Source: Ferruginibacter sp. (lineage in GTDB: Bacteria > Bacteroidota > Bacteroidia > Chitinophagales > Chitinophagaceae). Taken from it: 64,000 nt of DNA. The stretch covers positions 596 to 64,595 of the forward strand of contig JANYFT010000429.1 of the NCBI GenBank assembly GCA_025359625.1, in the 5' to 3' direction. This document shows, in pieces, positions 30,976 to 40,347 of this stretch. Below the pieces are notes generated by a model, which searched no databases, was not told where the DNA came from, and saw only the letters and a list, made by a program, of their open reading frames with translations. Made by a program: the position numbers and the translations under genes. Position 1 is the stretch's first letter. Each line of letters begins with the position of its first letter.

Positions 30976-31995
30976 ATGAAAAAAATATTAGTTACGGGAG
31001 GGTGCGGCTATATTGGTGTACACACAATTGTAGACCTTGTTCAAAATGGATATGAAGTAATTTCCATAGATAATAATTCAAGGAGCAGTATAACCATTTT
31101 AGATAACGCAGAAAAAATACTGGGTAAAAAAATAAAAAATTATGTGGTAGATCTGTGTAATTTAAAAGATACAGAAACGATCTTTGAAGAAAATAAGGAT
31201 ATAACCGGCATTATCCATTTTGCTGCCTATAAAGCGGTAGGCGAATCAGTTGAAAAACCGCTGATGTACTACGAAAATAATCTTGGCTCCCTGATAAATA
31301 TTTTAAAATGCGCTGCAAAATATGCCATTCCTAATTTCGTATTTTCATCTTCCTGCACAGTATATGGTAATCCGGATGTTATTCCGGTAACAGAAGATAC
31401 GCCCCAAAAGCCTGCTGAATCTCCTTATGGTGCTACCAAGCAAATGGGCGAAGTAATTGTACGGGATGCCGTAAAAAGTAACCACGTACAAGCTATACTT
31501 TTGAGGTATTTTAATCCGGTTGGGGCACACCCTTCTATCTCAATTGGCGAAATTCCATTGGGCAGGCCCGCTAATCTTGTACCAGCCATTACACAAACTG
31601 CTATTGGCAAGTTACCTACTATGCAAATTTGGGGACAAGATTATCCTACAAGAGATGGCAGTTGTGTTCGTGATTATATTCATGTATGTGATATTGCTCA
31701 TGCGCATACACTGGCCCTTAATTTTCTTATCAGCAACCAAAATACGGTAAACCCCGAGATATTTAATTTGGGTACAGGCGATGGATTCACGGTATTGGAA
31801 GTTATTAATGCCTTTGAAAAAACAAGTGGTGTAAAATTAAATTATTCAGTAGGCCCCAGGCGAACCGGGGATGTTGTTGCCATATATGCCAATAACAGTA
31901 AGGCAAAAAATGAACTGGGGTGGCAGCCAAAATACAACCTGGATGAAATGATGGATAGTGCCTGGAAATGGGAGCTTACTTTAAAAAAAGATTAA
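30976..31995 (+). CDS. galE: UDP-glucose 4-epimerase
   Basis: Rossmann 'VTGGCGYIG', catalytic 'SPYGATKQMGE' (YxxxK) and 'LRYFNPVGAHPS'. Confidence 0.95.
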   Translation: MKKILVTGGCGYIGVHTIVDLVQNGYEVISIDNNSRSSITILDNAEKILGKKIKNYVVDLCNLKDTETIFEENKDITGIIHFAAYKAVGESVEKPLMYYENNLGSLINILKCAAKYAIPNFVFSSSCTVYGNPDVIPVTEDTPQKPAESPYGATKQMGEVIVRDAVKSNHVQAILLRYFNPVGAHPSISIGEIPLGRPANLVPAITQTAIGKLPTMQIWGQDYPTRDGSCVRDYIHVCDIAHAHTLALNFLISNQNTVNPEIFNLGTGDGFTVLEVINAFEKTSGVKLNYSVGPRRTGDVVAIYANNSKAKNELGWQPKYNLDEMMDSAWKWELTLKKD

Positions 31996-32079
31996 AATTT
32001 ATTTAGCTAAAAAACAGGCACGTAAATTAACAACAACCCATTATCTTGCGGCTCAATTAAAAAAAGCAAGTAAATATTT

Positions 32080-33039
32080 ATGCTGAAAGAAATACAGGTA
32101 ACAGGCAATAAGGATACCCGCAGTGGTTTTGGCGATGGTATAGTAGAAGCGGGCAGAAAAAATGAAAACATCGTAGCCCTCACTGCAGATCTGTTAGGAT
32201 CAATGAAATTAAATGCTTTTGTAAAAGAATTCCCTGAACGTTTTGTACAATGCGGCATAGCCGAAGCCAATATGATTTGTGTGGCAGCAGGTTTAACCAT
32301 CGGGGGGAAAATTCCCTTTACCACAACTTTTGCCAATTTTTCTACGGGTCGTGTTTATGATCAAATCCGGCAGTCGGTTGCGTATAGCAATAAAAATGTA
32401 AAAATTTGTGCTTCACATGCAGGCTTAACATTGGGCGAAGATGGAGCAACGCACCAGATTTTGGAAGATATAGGCATGATGAAAATGTTACCAGGCATGA
32501 CAGTGATTGTACCTGCTGACTATAATCAAACAAAGGCTGCAACTATGGCAATTGCCGAGTATGAAGGACCTGTTTACCTCCGGTTTGGCCGACCTGTTTG
32601 GCCTATTTTTACTAAAGAAAGCGATTTTGTAATTGGCAAGGCACAAAAATTATCGGATGGTAAGGATGTAAGTATTTTTGCCTGTGGCCATTTAGTTTGG
32701 AAAGCAATTGAAGCAGGGAAAATTCTGGAAGAAAAAGGCATTAGTGTAGAAATAATAAATATGCACACCATAAAACCTTTGGATATTGCTGCAGTAATTG
32801 AATCTATTACCAAAACCAAATGTGCTGTTACCTGCGAGGAGCATAATATTATTGGCGGATTAGGAGATAGTATTGCACAGGTGGCTGCCAAAAATTTACC
32901 TATACCTATTGAGTATGTTGGTACCAATGATACTTTTGGTGAAAGTGGCAAACCTTCTGAACTATTAACCAAATATGGTTTGGATACACCTAATATTGTT
33001 GTAGCCGTTGAAAAAGTTATTGCAAGAAAAAATGCCTGA
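32080..33039 (+). CDS. Transketolase, C-terminal (pyrimidine-binding plus C-terminal domain) subunit of a split enzyme
   Basis: 319 aa with 'FVQCGIAEANMICVAAGL' and 'GLTLGEDGATHQILEDI'. No gene for the N-terminal subunit is adjacent. Confidence 0.9.
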   Translation: MLKEIQVTGNKDTRSGFGDGIVEAGRKNENIVALTADLLGSMKLNAFVKEFPERFVQCGIAEANMICVAAGLTIGGKIPFTTTFANFSTGRVYDQIRQSVAYSNKNVKICASHAGLTLGEDGATHQILEDIGMMKMLPGMTVIVPADYNQTKAATMAIAEYEGPVYLRFGRPVWPIFTKESDFVIGKAQKLSDGKDVSIFACGHLVWKAIEAGKILEEKGISVEIINMHTIKPLDIAAVIESITKTKCAVTCEEHNIIGGLGDSIAQVAAKNLPIPIEYVGTNDTFGESGKPSELLTKYGLDTPNIVVAVEKVIARKNA

Positions 33040-33060
33040 CCTGATTAAACTTTTTGTTAT

Positions 33061-33088
33061 AAAACCAATCTTACGATTGGTTTTTTCT
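33061..33088 (+). terminator. Rho-independent terminator
   Basis: AAAACCAATC-ttac-GATTGGTTTT followed by a T-run. Confidence 0.8.
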
Positions 33089-33111
33089 ATTTTTATAGCT
33101 GCTGAATAAAT

Positions 33112-33666
33112 ATGAACCAACAACATTTAGACGATAACGAATTATTACTACAGTTTAAAGACCCCTCTACAAAGGAAAAAGGGTTTACGGCTATTATTAA
33201 AAAATATCAGGAAAAACTGTATTGGCATATACGCCGTATGGTGGTGGATCACGAAGATGCCAATGACGTTTTGCAAAACATGTTTATTAAAGTATGGAAT
33301 GCCCTGGAAAATTTCAGGGAAGATAGCCAGCTCTACACCTGGTTATACCGCATTGCTACCAACGAAAGCCTTACCTATATTGAGCAACAGAAAAAAAGAA
33401 AATCGGTATCGCTTAGTGATGTGGAGAATGGGTTAAGTAATAAACTAAAAGCTGATAAAAATTACGATAGTAATAAAATTGAGTGGAAGCTTCAACTGGC
33501 CATGCAGCAATTGCCAGAAAAACAGCGAGTAGTTTTTAACCTGAGGTATTATGATGATATGCCCTACCAGCAAATGAGCCTTGTGCTTGAAACCAGTGAA
33601 GGTGCATTAAAAGCAAGCTACCATCACGCCGTGAAAAAAATAGAAGATTATATATTAAATCATTAA
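33112..33666 (+). CDS. ECF-type RNA polymerase sigma-70 family factor
   Basis: Region 2 'ANDVLQNMFIKVW....LYTWLYRIATNESL' and region 4 'LPEKQRVVFNLRYYDDMPYQQMSLVLETSEGALKASYHHAVKKI'. Confidence 0.9.
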   Translation: MNQQHLDDNELLLQFKDPSTKEKGFTAIIKKYQEKLYWHIRRMVVDHEDANDVLQNMFIKVWNALENFREDSQLYTWLYRIATNESLTYIEQQKKRKSVSLSDVENGLSNKLKADKNYDSNKIEWKLQLAMQQLPEKQRVVFNLRYYDDMPYQQMSLVLETSEGALKASYHHAVKKIEDYILNH

Positions 33667-33698
33667 ACTTGTTATACCTTTTAAGGTCTGTATAACGC

Positions 33699-34595
33699 AT
33701 GAAATTTGACAATCACATATTAAATGAATTACAAACACTAAGTCCTTTATTGGCAGGGATACAGAAAGAAAACGTTTTTTCTGTTCCGGTTGGTTATTTT
33801 GAAACCTTAAGTGATACTGTTTTAATAGGTTTAAAAGAAGAAGCAGGGATAACCGATACTACAAAAATTGCTGATGTACCACAGGGATATTTTGAAAATT
33901 TATCTTCAGCTATCCTTGATAAAATAAAAGCACAGCAAAAAAATACTGTAACAGATGAACCGGCAGAACTGCCTGTAGTATTACAAAGTATACAGCATAC
34001 AAACTTGTTTGAAGTACCGCAGGGATATTCTGAAAATTTATCTTCAGCTATTTTTTATAAAATAAAAGCACAGCAAAAAGATATTTCAATAAATGAGGAA
34101 GAAGAACTTTCTATTTTATTGCGCAGCATGCAGCATATAAACGTTTTTGAAGTACCCAAAGAATATTTTAATACCGTGCCTGTCAATATTTTGAACTCAA
34201 TAAAAGCAACACCTGCCAAAGTGGTAGGTATGCATAAACTAAGGTCATTTATAAAATATGCAGCAGCAGCAGTAATAGCCGGAGCTATGGTTTTAGGTGT
34301 TTATAAATATACTGATAAGCCCGATCATACTAATGTTGTTTCGCCTGTTAGTTTTGCTAAACTAGACGCTGCCATTGAGAAGGGGAAAAACATGAATGAA
34401 CTACAGTTTACCGCAGCATTGAATAACCTTACCAAAGAAGACATTACCATTTATCTTGAAAAAAATGGCAACGAAGAAGATATGTCTTTAATGACGTCCA
34501 GTTCAGACGAAATTGATTTACCCAATAAAGATGAATATTTACAGGATGAAAAAACGTTGGAGAATTATCTTGATAAAATTAAATTTCAAAACTAA
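33699..34595 (+). CDS. Putative anti-sigma factor-like single-pass membrane protein with repeated 'VPxGYFExL' modules
   Basis: It starts 32 nt after the sigma gene. There are four repeats of 'F(S/E)VP.GYFE.LS..I...IK' and a TM 'AAAAVIAGAMVLGVY' at about residue 190, then an extracytoplasmic tail. Confidence 0.6.
   Translation: MKFDNHILNELQTLSPLLAGIQKENVFSVPVGYFETLSDTVLIGLKEEAGITDTTKIADVPQGYFENLSSAILDKIKAQQKNTVTDEPAELPVVLQSIQHTNLFEVPQGYSENLSSAIFYKIKAQQKDISINEEEELSILLRSMQHINVFEVPKEYFNTVPVNILNSIKATPAKVVGMHKLRSFIKYAAAAVIAGAMVLGVYKYTDKPDHTNVVSPVSFAKLDAAIEKGKNMNELQFTAALNNLTKEDITIYLEKNGNEEDMSLMTSSSDEIDLPNKDEYLQDEKTLENYLDKIKFQN
33876..34220 (+). repeat. In-frame tandem repeats, 138-nt period, inside the anti-sigma-like gene
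   Basis: Units start at 33876, 34014 and 34152 (GTACC(A/G/C)...). Units 2 and 3 share 'CAGGGATAT T(T/C)TGAAAATTTATCTTCAGCTAT...AAAATAAAAGCACAGCAAAAA'. A shorter, diverged unit starts at 33783. Confidence 0.85.
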
Positions 34596-34615
34596 ATCAG
34601 AAAGGAGAAAGAGAC

Positions 34616-35035
34616 ATGAAAAAGCTATACTTTATATTGGTTTTTATAACCATCGGTGGTTTGGTGAAAGCGCAGGATGAGCAGCCATCTGAAAAAAAGC
34701 AAGAAAATATTGAAGCGCTGAAAGTTGCTTTTATAAGTAAAGAATTGGATCTTAAACCCGATGAAGCTCAAAAATTCTGGCCGGTGTTCAACCAATATTC
34801 CAAAGAATTAAAAACTACAAAAATTAATAACCCCGATGCTTTAGACAGGGATGAAAAAGTATTGAACATAAGAAAAAGCTATAAGGAGCAGTTTACAAAA
34901 ATACTGGGCCCTCAAAGGGTTAATAATATGTACAATGCAGAGGGAAGATTTCACCAGTTGTTATTTAAAGCTATGCGTAAACAAAATCAAATGCAAATCA
35001 GGCCAAACAGGCCACTGTTAAGAAGAAATCAATAG
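34616..35035 (+). CDS. Secreted helical protein, third gene of the ECF sigma/anti-sigma cluster (Spy/CpxP-like in composition only)
   Basis: Signal peptide 'MKKLYFILVFITIGGLVKAQ', and a K/E/Q-rich sequence with 'LKPDEAQKFWPVFNQY'. Confidence 0.6.
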   Translation: MKKLYFILVFITIGGLVKAQDEQPSEKKQENIEALKVAFISKELDLKPDEAQKFWPVFNQYSKELKTTKINNPDALDRDEKVLNIRKSYKEQFTKILGPQRVNNMYNAEGRFHQLLFKAMRKQNQMQIRPNRPLLRRNQ

Positions 35036-35094
35036 TCTTCATTTTAGATATAAATAGCTTACCACCACCCTACCCTAATCATTTTTTTTAGTTT

Positions 35095-35133
35095 AAAAGC
35101 GGCCAGTACTATAGAGAGTACAGCCGTTTTTTT
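35095..35133. terminator. Bidirectional terminator between convergent genes
   Basis: AAAA-CGGC..GTACT-atagag-AGTAC.GCCG-TTTTTTT. Confidence 0.7.
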
Positions 35134-35142
35134 ATACCCAAA

Positions 35143-35889
35143 TCATTCAAATTCTACAACGGGTGTTTTTATATCATGATAAAAAAGAAAGGTCCATTTT
35201 TCATCTTGCCCGGTTTGCCACCATTGTTGTCTTAATTCCATGCATTTCTTTCCATCAAAATCATATTTGGCAATAAAACGGCTTTTCATTTGCTGCAGTT
35301 GTGGCGCAACATCCCCTCCAAAAAAAACTTTTTTACCATCTTCCTCAATCCAAAAAACCTGGTGAAAAGGGCAGTGTGCTCCGGTTACTTCGTAGCTGAT
35401 ATAGCCATCAATTACTCCTTTGCCTTCGGTAAAAATTACTTTATCTGTACTGGCCAATAATGCAAAATCTTCCTGTTGATAAGATGTATTGGCTTTATCT
35501 GAACCAAATGCCAACTCCTGTTTATTAACGTAATAAACAGCATTGGGGAAACTGATAAAATGCTGTTGCAATACTTTATCTTCTACGCTTATTCCACCTG
35601 AATGATCTTTGTGAAGATGGCTTAATAATACTTTGGTTACTTCCACCGGATTAATTCCATAGTTCAGCAGATTTTGATGTATTTGCAATCCGCCATCTTT
35701 ATCAGTAAAACCCAAACCGGTATCAATTATAATAATATCATTTTTTGTAACAATACAAAATGGTTGCACTTCAACCAGCAGACTGCCAGCAGGTCTTTGC
35801 TGCAGGTCATCTTTGTTTTTATTAAATGGAACAAATTTTTTAGTTTTATCTATGGTGAATGCGCCTTCACTCAATGGAATTATTTTCAT
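35143..35889 (-). CDS. MBL-fold metallo-hydrolase
   Basis: Motif 'LSHLHKDHSGG' (HxHxDH). I prefer the ATG at 35889 ('MKIIPLSEG'). Confidence 0.85.
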   Translation of the reverse strand: MKIIPLSEGAFTIDKTKKFVPFNKNKDDLQQRPAGSLLVEVQPFCIVTKNDIIIIDTGLGFTDKDGGLQIHQNLLNYGINPVEVTKVLLSHLHKDHSGGISVEDKVLQQHFISFPNAVYYVNKQELAFGSDKANTSYQQEDFALLASTDKVIFTEGKGVIDGYISYEVTGAHCPFHQVFWIEEDGKKVFFGGDVAPQLQQMKSRFIAKYDFDGKKCMELRQQWWQTGQDEKWTFLFYHDIKTPVVEFE

Positions 35890-36054
35890 ACTGCACACTT
35901 GCCGGAAGGAAGAATTTTAGACTCCGGTATTCTTTTTAAGGGAGTATTGTTTTATTAAGTTTCGTTGTAAAGTTACTTGAAAGAGCCTTTATAATTATAC
36001 CTTGAAATACGTACACGTACAAAATACAGTCTGACCTTCGGTGCCGACGGTATT

Positions 36055-37407
36055 TTACCGCAACACCATCTGCCTGTCTGCATCCAGTTTGATCAATATA
36101 AAAAGTAAGATAGTGAACGTAAGTAAAGACGAGCCGCCATAACTCATTAAAGGTAGTGTGATACCTATCACTGGCGCAAGGCCAATAGTTACAGAGATAT
36201 TTACTGCCACATGAAAAAAGAAAATACTTGCAACACCATAGGCATATACCCTGGTGAAAGTACTTCGTTGCCTTTCTGCAATGGTTACAATACGTAAAAT
36301 TAAACTAAGGTAAATTAGCATCAACAGGGTGCTTCCCCAAAAACCAAAGTTTTCGCCTATGGAAGTAAATATAAAATCGGTATGCTGTTCGGGTACAAAA
36401 TCGCCCTGTGTTTGTGTGCCTTTTAAAAAACCCTTACCCATTAACCCACCGGAACCTATGGCAATTTTTGATTGTTTTACATTGTAATTTTGCTGATCAT
36501 TTTTTTTCTGTTTGGCTTTTTCATCAGCAGTGTTGGTGATATCTACCGTATTTTTATCTACAAAGGGATTATCTACCCCTACCATACTAAATATCCTGTC
36601 GGCCTGGTATTTTTTAAACACATGTTTAAAGGTAAAAGGTACTATCACTCCTACAAACAAAATACAAAATGCCCAGCTACTTATTACTATTAGCAGTAAA
36701 CGATTGTTTCGCCTGATTTGCTTTCTGTTTAAATAGAGAACAACAGCACCTAACACACTAAAAGATATCAGTAATGTTTTAGTGGAGAGTAAAAGTGACA
36801 CCACCAATAGTACCGACATAGCTGCCCCCATAATTAAGTACCCTGGTGGCAGTCCCTCTCGGTACATGGGAATAAGAAAAGAAAAATAAACCAATGCCAG
36901 GCCTGTTTCGCCCTGCAAAACAGATAATACTGCTGGTGCAAAAGAAATTACAGCAGCCACAATTTGAGATGCTGGTTTATTAAAATTGGTTTCAGGCATT
37001 GACAAAAATTTTGCCAACGCAAGGGAGGTGAATATTTTACACAATTCCACCGGCTGTAAATTCATAAAGCCCAATGGTATCCAGCTTTTTGACCCTTTAA
37101 TTTCTTTACCAACAACAAAAGTAGCCAACACCAAGACTATGCCCACCAGGTAAGAAAGATTTGCTGTTGCAGTAAATAATTTACTATCGGTTAATAAAAT
37201 AAAAACTGCCAACACAATACAGGCACCAAAATAAAACAACTGCTTGCTATAATTTTTTTTGAACCCCAAAAAGCTTTGCAGCACGCCATCGCCATTTCTA
37301 TATTCAACAGAAAAAATACATAGCAGCCCTATGGCTACCAATAGGGTATAAAGCAATATCAATATCCAATCAACCCCTTTCCCTATTTCCGGACTTTTCT
37401 GATACAT
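36055..37407 (-). CDS. rodA: Rod shape-determining protein RodA (SEDS glycosyltransferase)
   Basis: Polytopic protein with 'PVELCKI', 'EQHTDFIF' and 'GITLPLMSYGGSS'. It lies downstream of mrdA in the mre cluster. Confidence 0.9.
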   Translation of the reverse strand: MYQKSPEIGKGVDWILILLYTLLVAIGLLCIFSVEYRNGDGVLQSFLGFKKNYSKQLFYFGACIVLAVFILLTDSKLFTATANLSYLVGIVLVLATFVVGKEIKGSKSWIPLGFMNLQPVELCKIFTSLALAKFLSMPETNFNKPASQIVAAVISFAPAVLSVLQGETGLALVYFSFLIPMYREGLPPGYLIMGAAMSVLLVVSLLLSTKTLLISFSVLGAVVLYLNRKQIRRNNRLLLIVISSWAFCILFVGVIVPFTFKHVFKKYQADRIFSMVGVDNPFVDKNTVDITNTADEKAKQKKNDQQNYNVKQSKIAIGSGGLMGKGFLKGTQTQGDFVPEQHTDFIFTSIGENFGFWGSTLLMLIYLSLILRIVTIAERQRSTFTRVYAYGVASIFFFHVAVNISVTIGLAPVIGITLPLMSYGGSSLLTFTILLFILIKLDADRQMVLR

Positions 37408-37421
37408 TTTTTTAGTGGAGT

Positions 37422-39563
37422 TTAATTTTTTACTGTGTCTTTCGGCTCAGGTTTCTTTTTTTCGTTGGGCATAACAGCTTCTGTTTTAATGAAAGGCATA
37501 TTGTTATTGCTATCTTTTTTTGGCAATTCTTTTTTGGTAGTTTCTGTATCTTTTTTTATTTTATCCAGCACATCCGATTCTTCATCCTGCTCCAATTCAA
37601 TAGTATCTTTCATATTCTTTAAATATCCTTTTGCAATACGGTAAGCAGAATCTTTGGAATGCCTCAATGAATCCCGTGTTTTTATTGCTGCAAAAATTCT
37701 TGGTGGTATCAGGTTGGTGTTGGCCATGGTTTCTATCAAAGCCAGCCGTGTTTTATCTGTAATAGAATCCTTTAAATATTTTTCTATCATTAAACCTACA
37801 ATTGGTGCAGCAAACCATGCACCCTGACCAGAATTTTCCACCACACACATGATAGCGATTTTAGGATTTTCCCTTGGCGCAAAAGCAGCAAAAAAAGAGT
37901 GGTTCTTTTGCTTTTCGAGACCAATGTAATTTTCAACTGTTCCTGTTTTGCCACAAAATATAATTCCTGGTATCTTGGCTCTTTGTCCTGTTCCCCTTTC
38001 AACCACTCCCTCCATACCATCATGAACGGCCTCAAAAATACTATCTGGAATATCTATAGTGTTGTTACGTTTTTTAAATTTATCAAGAACACCATATTTA
38101 TCGCCTCCTTCAATAGAATCAACCACATGCGGTGTAATGTACCAGCCTTTGTTAGCAAGGTAGGCCATTTCATTTGCCACCTGTAGCGGTGTTACATTTA
38201 CTTCTCCCTGGCCAATACTCACTGAACGAAAATTGCAGTAGTTCCATTTGCCTTCCCCGTATATTTTTGGATTATTAAAGTATGCGGGAGTAGGAATAAA
38301 TCCCCTTTTTTCAGAAGGCACATCTACGCCAAGTTTATGGCCAAGGCCAAATTCAGCCATATAACGATCCCAGCTTGACAGGCTGCTATCTATTGTAGGA
38401 TATTTAGGATTATTAATAACCTTTTGCATTACTGTAGCAAAATAAGTGTTATCAGAAACCGTGATGGCATTGCGCAAATCAAAAGTTCCCCTATCCAAAC
38501 ATTTTTGGGGATGTCCATAACCACATCCATAAAAAGCCCCGGTACAGGTTACTTTAAAGTTTGTATTGATAACTCCCTCGTGCAACCCAACCAATGCCTG
38601 CAATGTTTTAAATGTAGAGCCAGGTGAATAGGTTGCACTTACCGTTCTGTTTACCAGGGGTAATGCGGGATCAAGAATAAGTTCAGCAAAATGTTTTCTT
38701 CTTTCGCTGCCCGAAAGGAATTTAGGCTTATACGTAGGTGCACTTACCATGGCTAATATGCCGCCGGTGTTAGGGTCAATTGCCACAATGGATCCTAATT
38801 TATTCAGCATCAGTTTTTCGCCCAGCTCCTGCAATTCTATGTCAATTGAAGTATGCATATTTTGCCCTGCTACGGCGGCAGTATCATATTTACCATTCTC
38901 CAGTTTTTCAGTGAGACGGTTCTTATTATCCCTTTGCCAGTATTCAATCCCCCTTTCTCCCATCAACACTTTTTCATAGCTGCGTTCAATACCTGTCATA
39001 CCAGCATAATCGCCGGATACATATCCTTCCTCCTTGTGTCTTCTTAAAAAACTGGTATCAACTTCTGCTGTGTAACCCAGTACATTTGCGGCAGCATCAT
39101 AAGGATAACTTCTTACAGAACGCTCCTGCAAATAAAAAGCCGGTGCAAATTTGTACATTACTTCATTTAGCATGGCCATTTTAGCATCACTCAATAATGC
39201 TTCAAAAACAGAAGGCCTTGTTCTTCCATTTTTTATAATTAGCTCAACCACCTTTTTATTAAATTGCGCAGTATCAATCTGCAAAATTTTACACATGGCA
39301 AAAGTATCTACGCCTTTTATTTTATTGGGCACCAGCATTAAATCGTAAATGGTAGTATTTTGCAACAGTACTTTTTTTTGGCGGTCATATACAATACCCC
39401 TGTCGGGATATACAACCTTCCTGAATTTGCCCTGATCATCGGCCATTATTTTATACTTGGATGATATTACCTGTAAGGAAAAAAGCCTGGCAATTATAAC
39501 AACAAACATAATAGCAAAAGTTAAGCGTATTACATTTTGACGGGACTGGTTAAAGACGGACAA
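37422..39563 (-). CDS. mrdA: Penicillin-binding protein 2 (elongasome transpeptidase) with a long K/E-rich C-terminal tail
   Basis: Transpeptidase motifs SxxK 'GSTFKT', SxN 'VSDNTYF' and KTG 'GKTGTV', with an N-terminal TM anchor. TTG start at 39563. Confidence 0.9.
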   Translation of the reverse strand: MSVFNQSRQNVIRLTFAIMFVVIIARLFSLQVISSKYKIMADDQGKFRKVVYPDRGIVYDRQKKVLLQNTTIYDLMLVPNKIKGVDTFAMCKILQIDTAQFNKKVVELIIKNGRTRPSVFEALLSDAKMAMLNEVMYKFAPAFYLQERSVRSYPYDAAANVLGYTAEVDTSFLRRHKEEGYVSGDYAGMTGIERSYEKVLMGERGIEYWQRDNKNRLTEKLENGKYDTAAVAGQNMHTSIDIELQELGEKLMLNKLGSIVAIDPNTGGILAMVSAPTYKPKFLSGSERRKHFAELILDPALPLVNRTVSATYSPGSTFKTLQALVGLHEGVINTNFKVTCTGAFYGCGYGHPQKCLDRGTFDLRNAITVSDNTYFATVMQKVINNPKYPTIDSSLSSWDRYMAEFGLGHKLGVDVPSEKRGFIPTPAYFNNPKIYGEGKWNYCNFRSVSIGQGEVNVTPLQVANEMAYLANKGWYITPHVVDSIEGGDKYGVLDKFKKRNNTIDIPDSIFEAVHDGMEGVVERGTGQRAKIPGIIFCGKTGTVENYIGLEKQKNHSFFAAFAPRENPKIAIMCVVENSGQGAWFAAPIVGLMIEKYLKDSITDKTRLALIETMANTNLIPPRIFAAIKTRDSLRHSKDSAYRIAKGYLKNMKDTIELEQDEESDVLDKIKKDTETTKKELPKKDSNNNMPFIKTEAVMPNEKKKPEPKDTVKN

Positions 39564-39793
39564 TGTTTATGATTATTTTAGAATGTTGATTGTATCAGGT
39601 GCATTTTGCAAACACAATATTTTATTTCGGTTTAAAAACTGGCATCTGTATTTGAGCACATATATGTTACTAACAACAAAGATAATTAGTACACCAATGA
39701 ATATTTTTCTTTTTGCCAATTACTGAAAAGAAAAATAACAATATCAAATTTGCCTTACATTTAATTGAAATATTTATACAGGTTGCAAGAATT

Positions 39794-40327
39794 TTAAACT
39801 GTATTGGTCCTGAATTTTTGTTTTCTTGAGAACATTAATTCAGCAATAATAATAAGTAGCAAACTGATAAGTGTTGAAAACAATGTTTTCAGAATGAACT
39901 CCCAAAAATTTCCAAACTGTAGTGCTTCTAGCAAAAACAGCCAACTGTTATGCAGCAGGGTTAATACACCTGCATAAATCATGTAAGGCATAAAGCCCCC
40001 CATACTTTTTAAGGATGGCTCTTCATAATTAGTGTCTGCACCTTCGTGGGGTATAAGGATATTGATTAAAAATGGCCGGAAGTAGGCAGTTAAAACGCAA
40101 GCTGCTGCATGAAAACCGGGGTTATGTCTAAAGCTATCCAATGCAAAGCCTAATAAAAAAGCCAGAATCATTTGTAGCGTGCGGCTAAACTTAAAAGGCA
40201 TCCAAAAAATAAATAAAATATAAATGTATGGCGTAGCCATATAGTTAAGATGCACCTTGTCCAACACAAAAAACTGAACCAATATCAGTATAATAAAGCG
40301 CATAATATTTTTAACCAGTGTACTCAT
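39794..40327 (-). CDS. mreD: Rod shape-determining protein MreD
   Basis: 177-aa polytopic membrane protein lying directly after mreC (20-nt gap). The call rests mainly on position and size. Confidence 0.7.
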   Translation of the reverse strand: MSTLVKNIMRFIILILVQFFVLDKVHLNYMATPYIYILFIFWMPFKFSRTLQMILAFLLGFALDSFRHNPGFHAAACVLTAYFRPFLINILIPHEGADTNYEEPSLKSMGGFMPYMIYAGVLTLLHNSWLFLLEALQFGNFWEFILKTLFSTLISLLLIIIAELMFSRKQKFRTNTV

Positions 40328-40347
40328 AGTTGCTTATCCCATGGCAA

